Source: Balanoglossus misakiensis
Taxonomy: Eukaryota > Animalia > Hemichordata
Reading direction: 5' to 3'
Length of the DNA stretch: 64,000 nucleotides
NCBI GenBank assembly: GCA_040954595.2
Contig: CM082598.2
Location: 4,221,837-4,285,836 of the forward strand
Part shown: one piece after another, positions 1 to 13,511 of the stretch
Layout of the letters: each line of letters starts with the position of its first letter
Position numbering within the stretch: position 1 is the stretch's first letter
The notes under the pieces: model-generated
Database searches by the model: none
The model's input: the letters and a program-made list of their open reading frames with translations, nothing else
Told to the model about the DNA's origin: nothing
Made by a program: the position numbers and the translations under genes

Positions 1-74
1 ATCCCCTCCCTCTCCCCTCCCTTACTCCCCTCCCTCTTCCCTTCCCTCTTCCCTTCCCCCTCCCTCTCCCTCCC

Positions 75-860
75 TCCGCCGACTGCCCTAAACTACCACC
101 CCCAATTACACTAGACACGCCTAAGCTACCCCCCGATTAAACTCTCACTAAGCTGCCACCCCCAGACTAAACTCACCTGTCCTAAGCTGCCACACCCCCC
201 AGACTAAACTCGACTGTCCTAAGCTGCCACCCCCTGACTAAACTCGACTGCCCTAAACTACCACCCCCTCAATTACACTGCCACCCCCCAGACTAAACTC
301 GACTGTCCTAAGCTACCACCCCCCTCATTAAACTCGACTGCCCTAAACTAATACCCCCTAATTACACTAGACACGCCTAAGCTACCCCCTCTCATTAAAC
401 TCGACTGCCCTAAACTAATACCCCCTAATTACACTAGATACGCCTTAGCTACCCCCCCTCATTAAACTCGACTGCCCTAAACTAATACCCCCTAATTACA
501 CTGGACACGCCTAAGCTACCACCCCCCTCATTAAACTCGACTGCCCTAAACTAATACCCCCTAATTACACTAGACACGCCTAAGCTACCCCCTCTCATTA
601 AACTCGACTGCCCTAAACTAATACCCCCTAATTACACTAGATACGCCTTAGCTACCCCCCCTCATTAAACTCGACTGCCCTAAACTAATACCCCCTAATT
701 ACACTAGACACGCCTAAGCTACCCCCTTCTCATTAAACTCGACTGCCCTAAACTAATACCCCCTAATTACACTAGACTCGCCTAAGCTACCCCCACCCCT
801 GATTAAACTCGAATGCCCTAAACTACCACCCCCCAATTACACTAGACACGCCTAAACAAC
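75..860. repeat. C-rich ~67-bp tandem minisatellite
   Basis: Unit TTAAACTCGACTGCCCTAAACTAATACCCCCTAATTACACTAGACACGCCTAAGCTACCCCC recurs at ~328, 395, 462, 531, 598, 665, 733, 803, with shorter degenerate units before. Confidence 0.9.
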
Positions 861-2079
861 CTTAAAACAATGTCACACATAAACAGAAACAAACAGTTTT
901 CCTATCATAAGTGTCAGCACAACACAAAAGAAATTGTCTTACAGTATTAAAGGGACAGTGTGGCTCTTTTGACCTTTCTTGGTAAATTTTGTTTGGTATG
1001 AAAAGAAGCGTGATTTGTTTGATTAGTTTTAGCCTGTTTGATTTAAGTCAACTTGGCACAAATTGGAATAAACGTTCAGTGAAAATTCTAAGTCCTACCA
1101 AAATTTTTATATCATGTCTGAATTTATATTTTGCAGAATTTTTAATTTTGTATTGGAAATTCAAGTAAAAATTGAAATGAAGATTTCATTCAGAAGTAGT
1201 AGCAAACGAAGATTTTCTCTATGCACACGGCAAAATGGGATAATGAATTTACTTGGCATAATTTTGTAATAGAAACTTTATGCAAAGAAATCTCAAATAA
1301 GGTCAAAAAGAGCAACCGTCTCATGTAATTTGGGCAAAATGCAGAGTATTGTGCTAACAATGATAGGAAGACCAACATTACAATTACATGTACCATAATG
1401 CTCCTGGTTAGAGCCCCTTCTAAGGCCAAGGCAACCCTTAACTTGTAAGATTTATTTTTATAATGAAACTATTTCCTTCCAAATACTGGGCATAGTTTTA
1501 CATGGTAGAGATTTTTCTTATAGATGAATTAAATGATTGACAAATGTAGTAGAAGTGGGAAATATTTAGATAAATGTACAAAGTCTTTTGGAGTTCAATA
1601 ATTTTGTCATTTTATACTCAAGGAAACGTGCATAAATACGATCATTTGAATTTTAAAGAAAGTATAAATAAATTTGTGATCTTTCAAGAGTCTGTGTCAT
1701 AGTTTTACTTGGGTAGAATTTTTTCTTATTTGTGAAAAAACAATTGGCGTTTCTAGCAGAAGTTGCGAATAATCTACAATTTGTTTTTGGAGTTTAGTTT
1801 TTTCTTGCCACTTGATACATGGGCGAGTGTATAAATTGGTCATTCATTTTTGAATAAATTTAATGTTCTTTACTTTTGCCTCAGTGTTTCAGCAAATCTG
1901 CCAAAAGACCATTTTTAAACATACTAAGGGCAGGCCCCTCCACCCAACCTTAACAAATTTTGCGGACGAGACCCCCGAGGTTAAACCAGGAGAAATACAG
2001 TACTGTTGAATACTTCATTTTGACTGGAACTTATTTCTGGTGAAAGCAACTTTGAATTTTTGTGTTATTTCATTTATAC

Positions 2080-2765
2080 TTTTCCTTATAAACATATCGT
2101 TGATTGTTGGAAATAAATCTTTTGAGAAAACCAAGTTTCAAATTTCATATGGTTTTATTTACACTTTTTCTTGTAAACATGTTCGAAATAACTTTTAGTG
2201 TAAACAAATTTTGAATATTCCCGTGATATTGTTTTCATTTTTTCTTGTAAACATGTCCGAAATAAAGTTTAGTAAAAACAATTTTTGAATTTTCCTGTGA
2301 TTTTATCTTCACTTTTGCTTGTAAACATGTCCGAAATAAATTTTAGTAAAAACAAATTTTGAATCTTCTTGTGATTTTATTTTCACTTTTCCTTGTAAAC
2401 ATGTCCGAAATAAAATTTAGTAAAAGCAAATTTAGAATTTTCCTGTGATTTTATTTTCACTTTTACTTGTAAACATTTCGTTGAGAGTGGGAAATAAATC
2501 TTTTGTGTAAACAAATATGAATTTTCCTATAGTTTTATTTTCACTTTTTCTTTTAAGCATGTCCGAAATAAATCTTTTGTGAAAACAAATATGAACTTTC
2601 CTGTGATTTTATTTTCACTTTTTCTTGTAAACATATCCGAAATAAATTTTAGTGTAAACAAATATGAACTTTCCTGTGATTTTATTTTCACTTTTTCTTG
2701 TAAACATGTCCGAAATAAATTTCTAATGAAAACAATTTTTCGATATTCCTGTGGTTTAATTTCAC
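2080..2765. repeat. AT-rich ~74-bp tandem repeat
   Basis: GTAAACATGT(C)CGAAATAA...GTGATTTTATTTTCACTTTT recurs at ~74-bp spacing (2173, 2247, 2321, 2394, 2468...). Confidence 0.85.
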
Positions 2766-3083
2766 TGAGAATTTTGCATGAGATTCTTTTTCAGTGGTTA
2801 CGCGAGTCCAGTCTTTGAAATGAAGTATTCCATAGTATTAGTATACAGTTTGACATAAAAATGCTAATGTTAATACTAGAACATTACTTAAGATAGTATG
2901 CGCTTCAGGGTCAAATCCTACGAAGAAAACGATAGTCCTCCAAACAAATTGGCAGCAATTTTTAGCTCGAAATTTTAAACAATTTACCCATCGTTCAGAC
3001 TTTTAAGAGACAGTAATCTAAAGTTCCTTTGAGCAAAATCCAAATTAAAAACAATTTAGAATCATCAAAAATTTTCAATTCTG

Positions 3084-3290
<207 letters not shown>

Positions 3291-4312
3291 TTCCTTTGAG
3301 CAAAATCCAAATTAAAAACAATTTAGAATCATCAAAAAATTTTCAATTCTGCGCTACATTAATTGATTAGGAATCTTTTTGGGAACAAACAAACGAAAAT
3401 GGTGTTCATCTTATTTTCATGGAAACCGTTACTGTAAATTTCTATGTTTAAAATTTTCAATTTAGCCCGTAATTTTTTTCACAATATTTAGAATAATATA
3501 AAGTTGCTGTGAGCAAAATACAAGAACAAGTTATCAACAATTTAGAGTCTTCCAAACTTTTCAATTCTGTGTTACATGAATTGTTTAGAAATGTTTTTGG
3601 AAACAAACAAAAATGATGTTTCATTTTCTAAAAAAGACTTTGCTGTAAAATTAGAGTAAAATTTTAGAAAAGGTTTGATATTCTTCCAAGCTTTACATAA
3701 AATTGTTCGAGTCGTTTAGAAGAAAAAAAGAAATACAGCCATCTTGTTTTCATAACAATCATTATTTCATTGAGATAATTTGGTTCCATTTCCCCAATTT
3801 TCATTCTCAATTTTGCAAGATTAATCTAACATTGCCTTGAGCACAAACAAGAAAAAAATTTAAGACTGAATTTTGTGGCGCATACTACCTTAAAATGATC
3901 ACAACAGAAATTATTAAATTATTTTACACAATTAACACCTAATCATCTTACCTTTTACCCATCTATTGAGTCTTGCATCTACAGCATGTGCATATGGATC
4001 TAATGATGGCTGCTTTGTGATGTGTTATCACATCACGTGCAGCAGAATGTCTTAAGTCCTAAACTGCTTTTGCACATGCTGTATTGACGTCTGGGGGAAT
4101 TTTTTATACATATTTTATTAATTGGTTTAGAGTCATTCAATTAGTCAGTGTTCAGTGTTATTGAGTCCGCGGGCATTGCGCCACATAATTTCTGACGAGA
4201 ATATATTTGAAAAGCATTTGCTTTTTGTTGGTCACAAATAGTAAAAATCAATATAGTATTTCATGTTTTTGGGAGTCTTCATAACCAATATCAATCGCGG
4301 ATCTCCATAAAA

Positions 4313-4483
4313 AAATCAATCAAAAACATTTACATTGCGCTAAAATCCAGAGAACTCTTCAGTGGCGCCCGATGGTTGTTCACACACTGTAGGCTGTTTT
4401 AAACAAGTGAGTCTTCAGCTTCCCCTTAAAAGAGACTAAACTGGTAGCTAGACGAATGTCATCAGGTAGTGAGTTCCAGAGCT
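4313..4483 (-). mobile_element. 3'-terminal fragment of an L2/CR1-group LINE
   Basis: Minus strand encodes LWNSLPDDIRLATSLVSFKGKLKTHLFK, typical of the L2/CR1 ORF2 C-terminus, followed by a short 3' UTR and a TTGATTGATTT tail. Confidence 0.75.
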
Positions 4484-4859
4484 CCTGGTATTTCTTCTTT
4501 CAGCCATCCAGTACCCGAAATAATTTGGATTCATCTTTGATCAATATGGACCACGTCTGAGAACATGCAAAAAAAAAACACCACATGTGCCAATTAGAGT
4601 AATTGTAGTTTTTAGAACAAAATAAAGATTTACTGAAATTTCTGTAATTTATTGAAATCATAGCTTCTTTTTAGGCAGACACCATGTATATGACTGAGTT
4701 CACGTATTGACAGAGCCACCGATTCAGGGCGCTGTCATGAGGGCGCTGCTATACCTTTGGAGTTAGATATTTGAACACAAGTTAACAAAAATTTGCCTAA
4801 GAAAACAACATTCAAGACATACAAGTTCAATAAAGCGAGTTATATTTTTACAGATATTC

Positions 4860-7800
4860 GTAATAAATTAAGTATCACAAAATCTCACAAAAGGTGCAAA
4901 ATTATCTATTCAAAAAAAGACCGACTTTCATAAATTGGCTAGAAATCCGTTGCTACGGTAATTAATTAAGTCTCACGAGATCTCACAATGGGTGGAATAT
5001 TATCTATTCGAAAAAAGACCGACTTTTATAAATTGGCTAGAAATCCGTTGCTACGGTAATTAATTAAGTCTCACGAGATCTCACAATGGGTGGAATATTA
5101 TCTATTCGAAAAAAGACCGACTTTTATAAATTGGCTAGAAATCCGTTGCTACGGTAATTAATTAAGTCTCACGAAATCTCACAATAAGTGGAAAATTATC
5201 TATTCGAAAAAGAGCGACTTTTATAAATTGGCTAGAAATCCGTTGCTACGGTAATTAATTAAGTTTCACGAAATCTCACAATAAGTGGAAAATTATCTAT
5301 TCGAAAATAGTTCGACTATTATGAATTGGGTAGAAATCCGTTGCTACGGTAATTAATTAAGTCTCACAAGATCTGATAAAGAGTTGAAATTTATATATTC
5401 GACTTTCATAAATTGGGTAGAAATCCGTTGCTACGGTAATTTATTTAATCTCACGGGATCTCACAATGAGGTCGAAAATTATCTATTCGAAATAAGATCG
5501 ACTTTTATAAATTAGCTAGAAATCCGTTGCTACGGTAATAAATTAAGTCTCACGAGATCTCACAATGGGTCGAAAATTATCTATTCGAAATAAGATCGAC
5601 TTTAATAAATTAGCTAGAAATCCGTTGCTACGGTAATAAATTAAGTCTCACGAGATCTCACAATGGGTGGAAAATTATGTATTCCAAAAAAGATCGACTT
5701 TCATAAATTGGCTAGAAATCCGTTGCTACGGTAATTAATTAAGTCTCACAAGATCTGATAAAGAGTTGAAATTTATATATTCGACTTTCATAAATTGGGT
5801 AGAAATCCGTTGCTACGGTAATTTATTTAATCTCACGGGATCTCACAATGAGGTCGAAAATTATCTATTCGAAATAAGATCGACTTTTATAAATTAGCTA
5901 GAAATCCGTTGCTACGGTAATAAATTAAGTCTCACGAGATCTCACAATGGGTGGAAAATTATGTATTCCAAAAAAGATCGACTTTCATAAATTGGCTAGA
6001 AATCCGTTGCTACGGTAATTAATTAAGTCTCACGAGATCTCACAATTGGTGGAAAATTATGTTTTCCAAAAAAGACCGACTTTCATAAATTGGCTAGAAA
6101 TCCGTTGCTACGGTAATTAATTAAGTCTCACGAGATCTCACAATGGGTGGAAAATTATGTATTCCATAAAAGACCGACTTTTATAAATTGGCTAGAAATC
6201 CGTTGCTACGGTAATTAATTAAGTCTCACGAGATCTCACAATGGGTGGAAAATTATGTATTCCATAAAAGACCGACTTTTATAAATTGGCTAGAAATCCG
6301 TGGCTACGGTAATAAATTAAGTCTCACGAGATCTCAAAATGGGTGGAAAATTATGTATTCCAAAAAAGATCGACTTTTATAAATTGGCTAGAAATCCGTT
6401 GCTACGGTAATAAATTAAGTCTCACAAGATCTCACATTGGGCGGAAAATTATCTATTCCAAAAAGACCGACTTTTATAAATTGGCTAGAAATCCGTTGCT
6501 ACGATAATAAATTAAGTCTTAAAAGATCTCACATTGGCCGGAAAATTATCTATTCGAAAAAAGACCGACTTTTATAAATTGGCTAGAAATCCTTTGCTAC
6601 GGTAATTAATAAGTCTCACGAGATCTCACAATGGGTGGAAAATTATGTATTCCAAAAAAGATCGACTTTTATAAATTGGCTAGAAATCCGTTGCTACGGT
6701 AATAAATTAAGTCTCACAAGATCTCACATTGGGCGGAAAATTATCTATTCCAGAAAGGACCGACTTTTATAAATTGGCAAGAAATCCGTTGCTACGGTAA
6801 TTAATTAAGTCTCACAGGATCTCACAATGGGTGGAAACTTATCTATTCGAAATATGATCGACATTTATAAATTAGCTAGAAATACGTTGCTACGGTAATT
6901 AAATAAGTCTCACGAGTTCTCATAACGCGTGGAAAACTATCTATCCGAAAAAAATCGACTTAAATAAATTGGCTAGAAACCCGTTGCTACGGTAATTAAT
7001 TAAGTCTCACGAGATCTGATATAGAGTTGAAATTAATCTATTCGAAAAAGTTCGACTTTTATAATTTGGGTAGAAATCCGTTGCTACGGTAATTAATTTA
7101 ATCTCACGGGATCTCACAATGAGGTCGAAAATTATCTTTTCGAAATAAGATCGACTTTTATAAATTAGCTAGAAATCCGTTGCTACGGTAATTAAATAAG
7201 TCTCACGAGATCTCATAATGCGTAGAAAATTATCTATCCGAAAAAAATTCGACTTAAATAAATTGGCTAGAAACCCGTTGCTACGGTAATTAATTAAGCC
7301 TCACGAGATCTGATATAGAGTTGAAATTAATATATTCGAAAAATTTCGACTTAAATAAATTGGCTAGAAACCCGTTGCTACGGTAATTAATTAAGCCTCA
7401 CGAGATCTGATATAGAGTTGAAATTAATATATTCGAAAAAGTTCGACTTTCATAAATTGGGTAGAAACCCGTTGCTATGGTAATTAATTAAGCCTCACGA
7501 GATCTGATATAGAGTTGAAATTAATATATTCGAAAAAGTTCGACTTTCATAAATTGGGTAGAAATCCGTTGCTACGGTAATTAATTTAATCTCACGGGAT
7601 CTCACAATGCGGTCGAAAATTATCTTTTCGAAATAAGATCGACTTTTATAAATTAGCTAGAAATCCGTTGCTACGGTAATTAAATAAGTCTCACGAGATC
7701 TCATAATGCGTGGAAAATTATCTATCCGAAAAAATTTGGACTTAAATAAATTGGCTAGAAACCCGTTGCTACGGTAATTAATTAAGCCTCACGAGATCTG

Positions 7801-8028
7801 ATATAGAGTTGAAATTAATATATTCGAAAAAGTTCGACTTTCATAAATTGGGTAGAAATCCGTTGCTACGGTAATTAATTAAGTCTCACAAGATATGATA
7901 AAGAGTTGAAATTTATCTATTCGAAAAAGTTCGACTTTCATAAATTGGGTAGAAATCCGTTGCTACGGTATTTAATTTAATCTCACGGGATCTCACAATG
8001 GGTGTAAAATTATCTATTCGAAATATGA
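4860..8028. repeat. ~98-bp satellite array (~32-33 units) with subvariants
   Basis: Near-invariant core AAATTGGCTAGAAATCCGTTGCTACGGTAATTAATTAAGTCTCACGAGATCTC repeated every ~86-100 bp. Confidence 0.95.
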
Positions 8029-8374
8029 TTACTCAATAAAAGAAAAGTTGTCAAAACTTACTTTCTCTATTCGGGTCTTCCAACCAGAAACTTGCGTCTT
8101 GTTCCAAAACGGGAATCTTCGGATTGCGACGTCCTTCTCTCTTGATGAAGAATTTACAGCTTGGTTTTCCATTTTCACGAATATGACTGGGAATCGTTAA
8201 CTATGGCCACAGATTGTTTATTTCCTGTTAATTTTCCAACTGGACAATGGAGGAAGAAGACCGCGTATGATTTCCTTGTATTCCTGTAAGAAATTGAAAA
8301 AGGGAAAGGATCGGTTAGATATTTCAATAGAAGTCAAAACCACACAGGACAAAGACCTTAATTCCGTCTCAAAT
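8028..8374 (+). repeat. Dispersed repeat copy homologous to 9589-~9935, directly abutting the satellite
   Basis: ATTACTCAATAA..GAAAAGTTGTCAA..CTTACTTTCTCTATTCGGGTCTTCCAACCAGAAAC occurs at 8028 and 9589. Confidence 0.85.
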
Positions 8375-9743
8375 TAGTCACTACACTTGGACTTGTTGAT
8401 TGGAATCGACACGTTCAAAAATTCGAGTACTTTTAAAAAATTTCAAATAAATCTTTGTGATTTCAGATTTATTATTGGTTGGAATGGTTCAATTGGAATA
8501 GCACTGAAAGCTGCAGCCTGCTGTTAAACACGTTGGGCGATAAATAAATCAAACATTCAAACATATCGATAAGGTTAATAAACCTACTCGATTTAAGCTT
8601 GACTTCTTTTATTTCTCAAATTCCGTTAGCATGCAGTAAAATATTTACGATAGTGGTACATGCTTCCTGCAGTATCGAAGGGCCGCAACAATCAATAGAA
8701 GCGACACGTGTTATTTTTAAATTTAAAGTGTAGTTTTATTTTCAAATGTATTTGGGCTAGTTTCGGAAGTTTTCTTTAGTAGTACGGACCTTATAAGCGC
8801 TCTATTTAATTTGTTTCGTAAACTAGTACTCTTAGTGACTTAAAAAATGTTACGTTTATGCTACCTTAATACGAGTAGAAGTATTCACATATTATGTCCA
8901 TATGGCGAGAAGTTCAGATTTAAAGAAACGACATCCGTACAAGAAATCTTTAATTAGGGTATACCGAAGGATTCAAATTGCCAAGCCACGTTTGCGAAAG
9001 TTAACATTTCAAATTCAATCAAAATGTAAAAGTTTCCATGGTTTGTTTGTGTAGAAAGAATACGGAACCATACAATTTCGAAAAGGCGCTATTTTATCTC
9101 GCCTTTGGCCAGTGACGTCACATATATGCAAATGTTGACAGCTACGAGTCAGCTAAAGGAATTTTCCAAAGATTTCAGAATTTTACAAACGTTAACTTTT
9201 TTAGAGCCGCTAGCATGTCGAAATTATAAAGGTGGTTTTCAAAAAGCAAAGTATTCATTTTGTAAAATTGTATACGCTGATCTCAAACGATTGTATTTTT
9301 TAAAAGAAAAAAGTACGGTTAACGGTATTACCCTCGATGACTTTCATAATTCTATCCAAAATCGGCAAAGGAGTTGAAAATTAAGCGATTTCAGAGGTAT
9401 TGAAAATATCCTGAGCTATAAATCCATAGAACATCAACAATGGAACAAGAAGATTTTGCACATGAAAAAGCGCGTGCAGCAATAGCAACCAAAGCGCGCT
9501 CTGAATCCTTCGGTATTGCTAACAACTTTTTGAGCCATTTTACAATACAATATTCCCGCCAATGGCCCTATGTTTAACACAAAAATACATTACTCAATAA
9601 CGGAAAAGTTGTCAAGACTTACTTTCTCTATTCGGGTCTTCCAACCAGAAACTTGCGTCATGTTCCAAAACGGGAATCTTCGGATTGCAACGTACATCTC
9701 TCTTGATGAAGAATTTACAGCTTGGTTTTCCATTTTCACGAAT

Positions 9744-11408
9744 ATGACTGGGAATCGTTAACTTTGGCCGCAGATTGTTCATTTCCTGTTCATTTTCCAA
9801 CTGGACAATGGAGGAAAAAAACCGCGTATGATTTCCTTGCATTATTGTGCATTCCTTTAAGAAATTGAAAAAGGATCGGTTAGATATTTCCATAGAAGTC
9901 AAAACCACACAGGACAAAACCTTATTTTGCCTCAAATGCGGTAACTGTCACTTACCAAATTCGTACATCAATACAGTCAAAATGACAGAAATCCGCGCCA
10001 AAATCGTCTTTTTGTCAATTCAACTACTTGTTAGTTTTTCAGTATGCGGCATGATAAAGTGGAAAAGCTTGAATTAACCGCGATCATGCTCAGAACGGGA
10101 AGCTAAAAGTTCGCGCCATCGAACCACACCCAAACCAGCGAACCACACCCTAGTCTGTCGATCGTATCTACTACATGCGACGCGCTTACAATCAAGCAAA
10201 ACAAAATCGACGCGGAAATAAGGGCTGGTTTGATGTAGCAAGGACTGGCAATAGTATAAACTGTTGAAGTACATACCTGTTGTCGATGTGATGTGCTGTG
10301 CGTAGACTTTTGGAGCGGCTAAACTTCGACTGCTTCGATGTTGTCACGTAGGCGCTGTCACTCACAATGATTAAGACTTGATCTGTACGGTACCGGACTT
10401 CCTATTTGCGTATTTAAATTATGACATCATAGATTGACAGACACGTGAATAAACAAGCATCAGCCAATAGATTCAAACATTGCGCCAACCGTCACTGCAC
10501 CTTAGTGAAGAATTCTCACTATGAAGGCTGTCCATTGTCGATGACACCTGGTTTCTCTGTTACATAAAACATCATACCCACGGAATGCATTGTTCCTGAA
10601 TACACGCATACACAACTGTCAAAGGTGCAGTGACGGTTGGCGCAATGTTTGAATCTATTGGCTGATGTTTTGTAATCACGTGTCTGTCAATCTATGAAGT
10701 CATAATTTGAATATACAAATAGCAAGTCCAGTCTCTGCACTGAACATAATTCGATCATCATTGTGAGTGACAGCGCCTACATGACAACATCGCAGCAGTT
10801 GAAGTTTAGCCGCCCAAAAATCTACGCACAGTACAGCACATCACATCGACAACAGGTATGTACTTCAACATTTTATACTATTGCCAGTCCTTGCTACATC
10901 AAACTAGCCCTTATTTCCGCGTCGATTTTGCTTTACTTGATTTTAAGCGCGTCGCATGTAGATACGATCGACAGATTAGGGCGCGGTTGGCGGGTTTGGG
11001 TGATGTTCGATGCTGCTAAGAAATTCTATGGCGCGAACTTTTATCTTTCCGTTCTGAGCATCATCGCGGCTAATTCGAACTTTTCCACCTTATCATGCCG
11101 CATACTGAAAAACTAGCAAGTAGTTGAATTGACAAAAAAGACGATTTTGGCGCGGATTTCTGCAATGTGGACTGTATTGATGTTCGAATTTGGTAAGTGA
11201 CAGTTACCGCATTTGAGGCAAAATAAGGTCTTTGTCCTGTGTGGTTTTGACTTCTATGGAAACATCAAAACTGATCCTTTCCATTTTTCAATTACAGGAA
11301 GACACAATAATGCAAGGAAATCATACGCGGTCTTCGTCCTCCATTGTCCAGTTGGTAAATTAACAGGAAGAGAACAATCTGCGGCCAAAGTTAAGGATTC
11401 CCAGTCAT
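9744..11408. repeat. Long imperfect inverted repeat (foldback): arms 9744-10503 and 10622-11408, ~118-bp spacer
   Basis: e.g. GCGCCAACCGTCACTGCACCTT (to 10503) vs AAGGTGCAGTGACGGTTGGCGC (from 10622); near-identical ORF translations on opposite strands (10074-10274 minus vs 11490-11690 plus). Confidence 0.9.
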
Positions 11409-11973
11409 TGTGAGTGACAGCGCCTACGTGACAACATCGCAGCAGTTGAAGTTTAGCCACCCTAAAAGCACATCACATCGACAACAGGTATGTACTCCAA
11501 CAGTTTATACTATTGCCAGTCCATGCTGCATAAAGCTAGCCCTTATTTCCGCGTCGATTTTGTTTTGCTTGATTGTAAGCGCGTCGCATGTAGTAGATAC
11601 GATCGACAGACTAGGGTGTGGTTCGCGGGTTTGGGTGTGGTTCGATGGCGGGAACTTTTAGCTTCCCGTTCTGAGCATGATCGCGGCTAATTCAAGCTTT
11701 TCCACCTTATCATGCCGCATACTGAAAAACTAGCAAGTAGTTGAATTGACAAAAAAGACGATTTTGGCGCGGATTTCTGCAATGTGGACTGCGTTGATGT
11801 TCGAATTTGGTAAGTGACAGTTACCGCATTTGAGGCAAAATAAGGTCTTTGTCCTGTGTGGTTTTGACTTCTATGGAAATATCTAACCGATCCTTTCCGT
11901 TTTTCAATTACAGGAATACACAATAATGCAAGGAAATCATACGCGGTCTTCGTCCTCCATTGTCCAGTTGGAA
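11405..11973. repeat. Tandem second copy of the right foldback arm
   Basis: TCATTGTGAGTGACAGCGCCTAC... restarts at 11405 and matches 10757 onward to TGTCCAGTTGG. Confidence 0.85.
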
Positions 11974-12534
11974 TCCGAAGATAATATTTGCATATTCTAA
12001 TTTACGACATCATAGGATGATTTTATCGGTTCATCATACCCAACATTGAATGGTACAGCCCACGGAATGTATGGCTTCTGAATACATGCTATAATTTGAA
12101 CAATTGATTATCCCAAGTGACAAGTAAATTAAATATCAAAACTGTATGTGTAGCTTTTTTTTTAAATAAAACAATGTCAGTTCTTGATGGGACTGGCAAA
12201 TGAGAAGACAGACAGAATACAATGCACAATCTGCCTGTCTGCTAATGTCTTGGTGCAATTTACTCTTAACTTTTCATAGTGATTACAGATTACAGATTGG
12301 CGATTCAATACTGCACTTTATTGAGTGTCCAAATATGGTTTAATTAATACACATAGAAACAATATCTCTGTATAGTTTCATCCAATTCTGTGCAAGAAGT
12401 ATAGATACACGACAATATTGAACATCCAACTGTGCAGTCCGCTCTTGGCAAATGTTTTCAAACTAGATGCAGTACATTAGGAAATAAATCATGAGTTAGA
12501 AATATGCAAACAAGTTTACAATTCTCCCTACCTT

Positions 12535-12730
12535 AGAGGGAAGGGTTCGTCAGGCCAGATAGGGTCCCCTTGAGAATATGTCCTCCTGTACCAGAGCAAC
12601 CCCCACTGCAGTCGCCACGACCTACTAGGCTCTTCAGTTGCTGTCATGTCATTCATTCTAAGAATTATCTAGTTTTGTTGATGAACTGTAATGTTTATAA
12701 ACAAATGCGGTGTGACGACCCCTTCACTTT
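12535..12730. mobile_element. Degenerate MITE, same family as 58312-58552 (opposite orientation)
   Basis: GAATATGTCCTCC...CTGCAGTCGCCACGACCTACTAGG is the approximate reverse complement of CTAGTAGGTCGTGGGGACTGCA...GGAGGACATATTC at ~58455-58510. Confidence 0.6.
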
Positions 12731-13511
12731 AAATAGGTTTTTGCTATTTAGGTAAGTGAAGAGAACCTTGTATGGTCGACACAATTTAAAGATGGCCGAT
12801 TGTTGCCATGTTTAAGACAGAAATGTTTGGCCAAAGGAAGTCATAAAAATCTGTCAACATACAGTTTCTTCTGTCTCATACTACAGCCAAAATTGACAAG
12901 GCAAAAGTAGTATCAAATTGCCATGTTTTTTTTATCAATTTAACAGCAGTACAGTTACATTACTTTGCATCATGCAGAATTACAAGACAGGATTATTAAA
13001 ATCTCACTTGTTCATTACATGTATTACAAAAGACAATTGCACAATAAACAATGAAGTAAAACATACTGTGTGTACTCGTCTTTTTTCCCCATAGGATTAC
13101 ATTGATAATTACTAGAACACAAAGTTCTACTATTGTCCAGGAATTAAAAATTTATCGGTCATATAAAATTGTGTGGGCATCGCCCTCTATTTTGAGATAA
13201 ATTTCGTTTTCTTCTATTATCGACTAAATTCCTGGCTGCGCATATCAAAATAAGCACAGTGACCCTCTATGCTTCATCCCGGATTTTCATTATACATACA
13301 AAGGAGAACAAAAAAATCCACAATTAAAAGAAATGACAATACTTTCAATTCGAAAGTTATACATTATAAAGAAGTACAATGAACAAAGGAATTTAGTTAC
13401 ATAATTTATTAAATAAAATCACCCTACTTTAAATGTCCCAGTGTAAAGGTCTTTCAGACATTTATACGAGATGTTCGCACGAATGCATGGTCTGTTATCA
13501 GTGACTGTGAT

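Noticed and set aside
4860-8028. CRISPR-like array (constant ~36-bp core with variable intervening sequence)
   Set aside because: The intervening segments are homologous variants of each other, not unique spacers; the context is eukaryotic and there are no cas genes
8790-9560. Possible transposase remnant (ORF 9105-9377)
   Set aside because: No catalytic motif or matching TIR pair could be identified by eye
9570-11923. Several short duplicated ORFs on both strands
   Set aside because: They result from the inverted/tandem repeat; frames are not preserved between copies and no protein motif is recognisable
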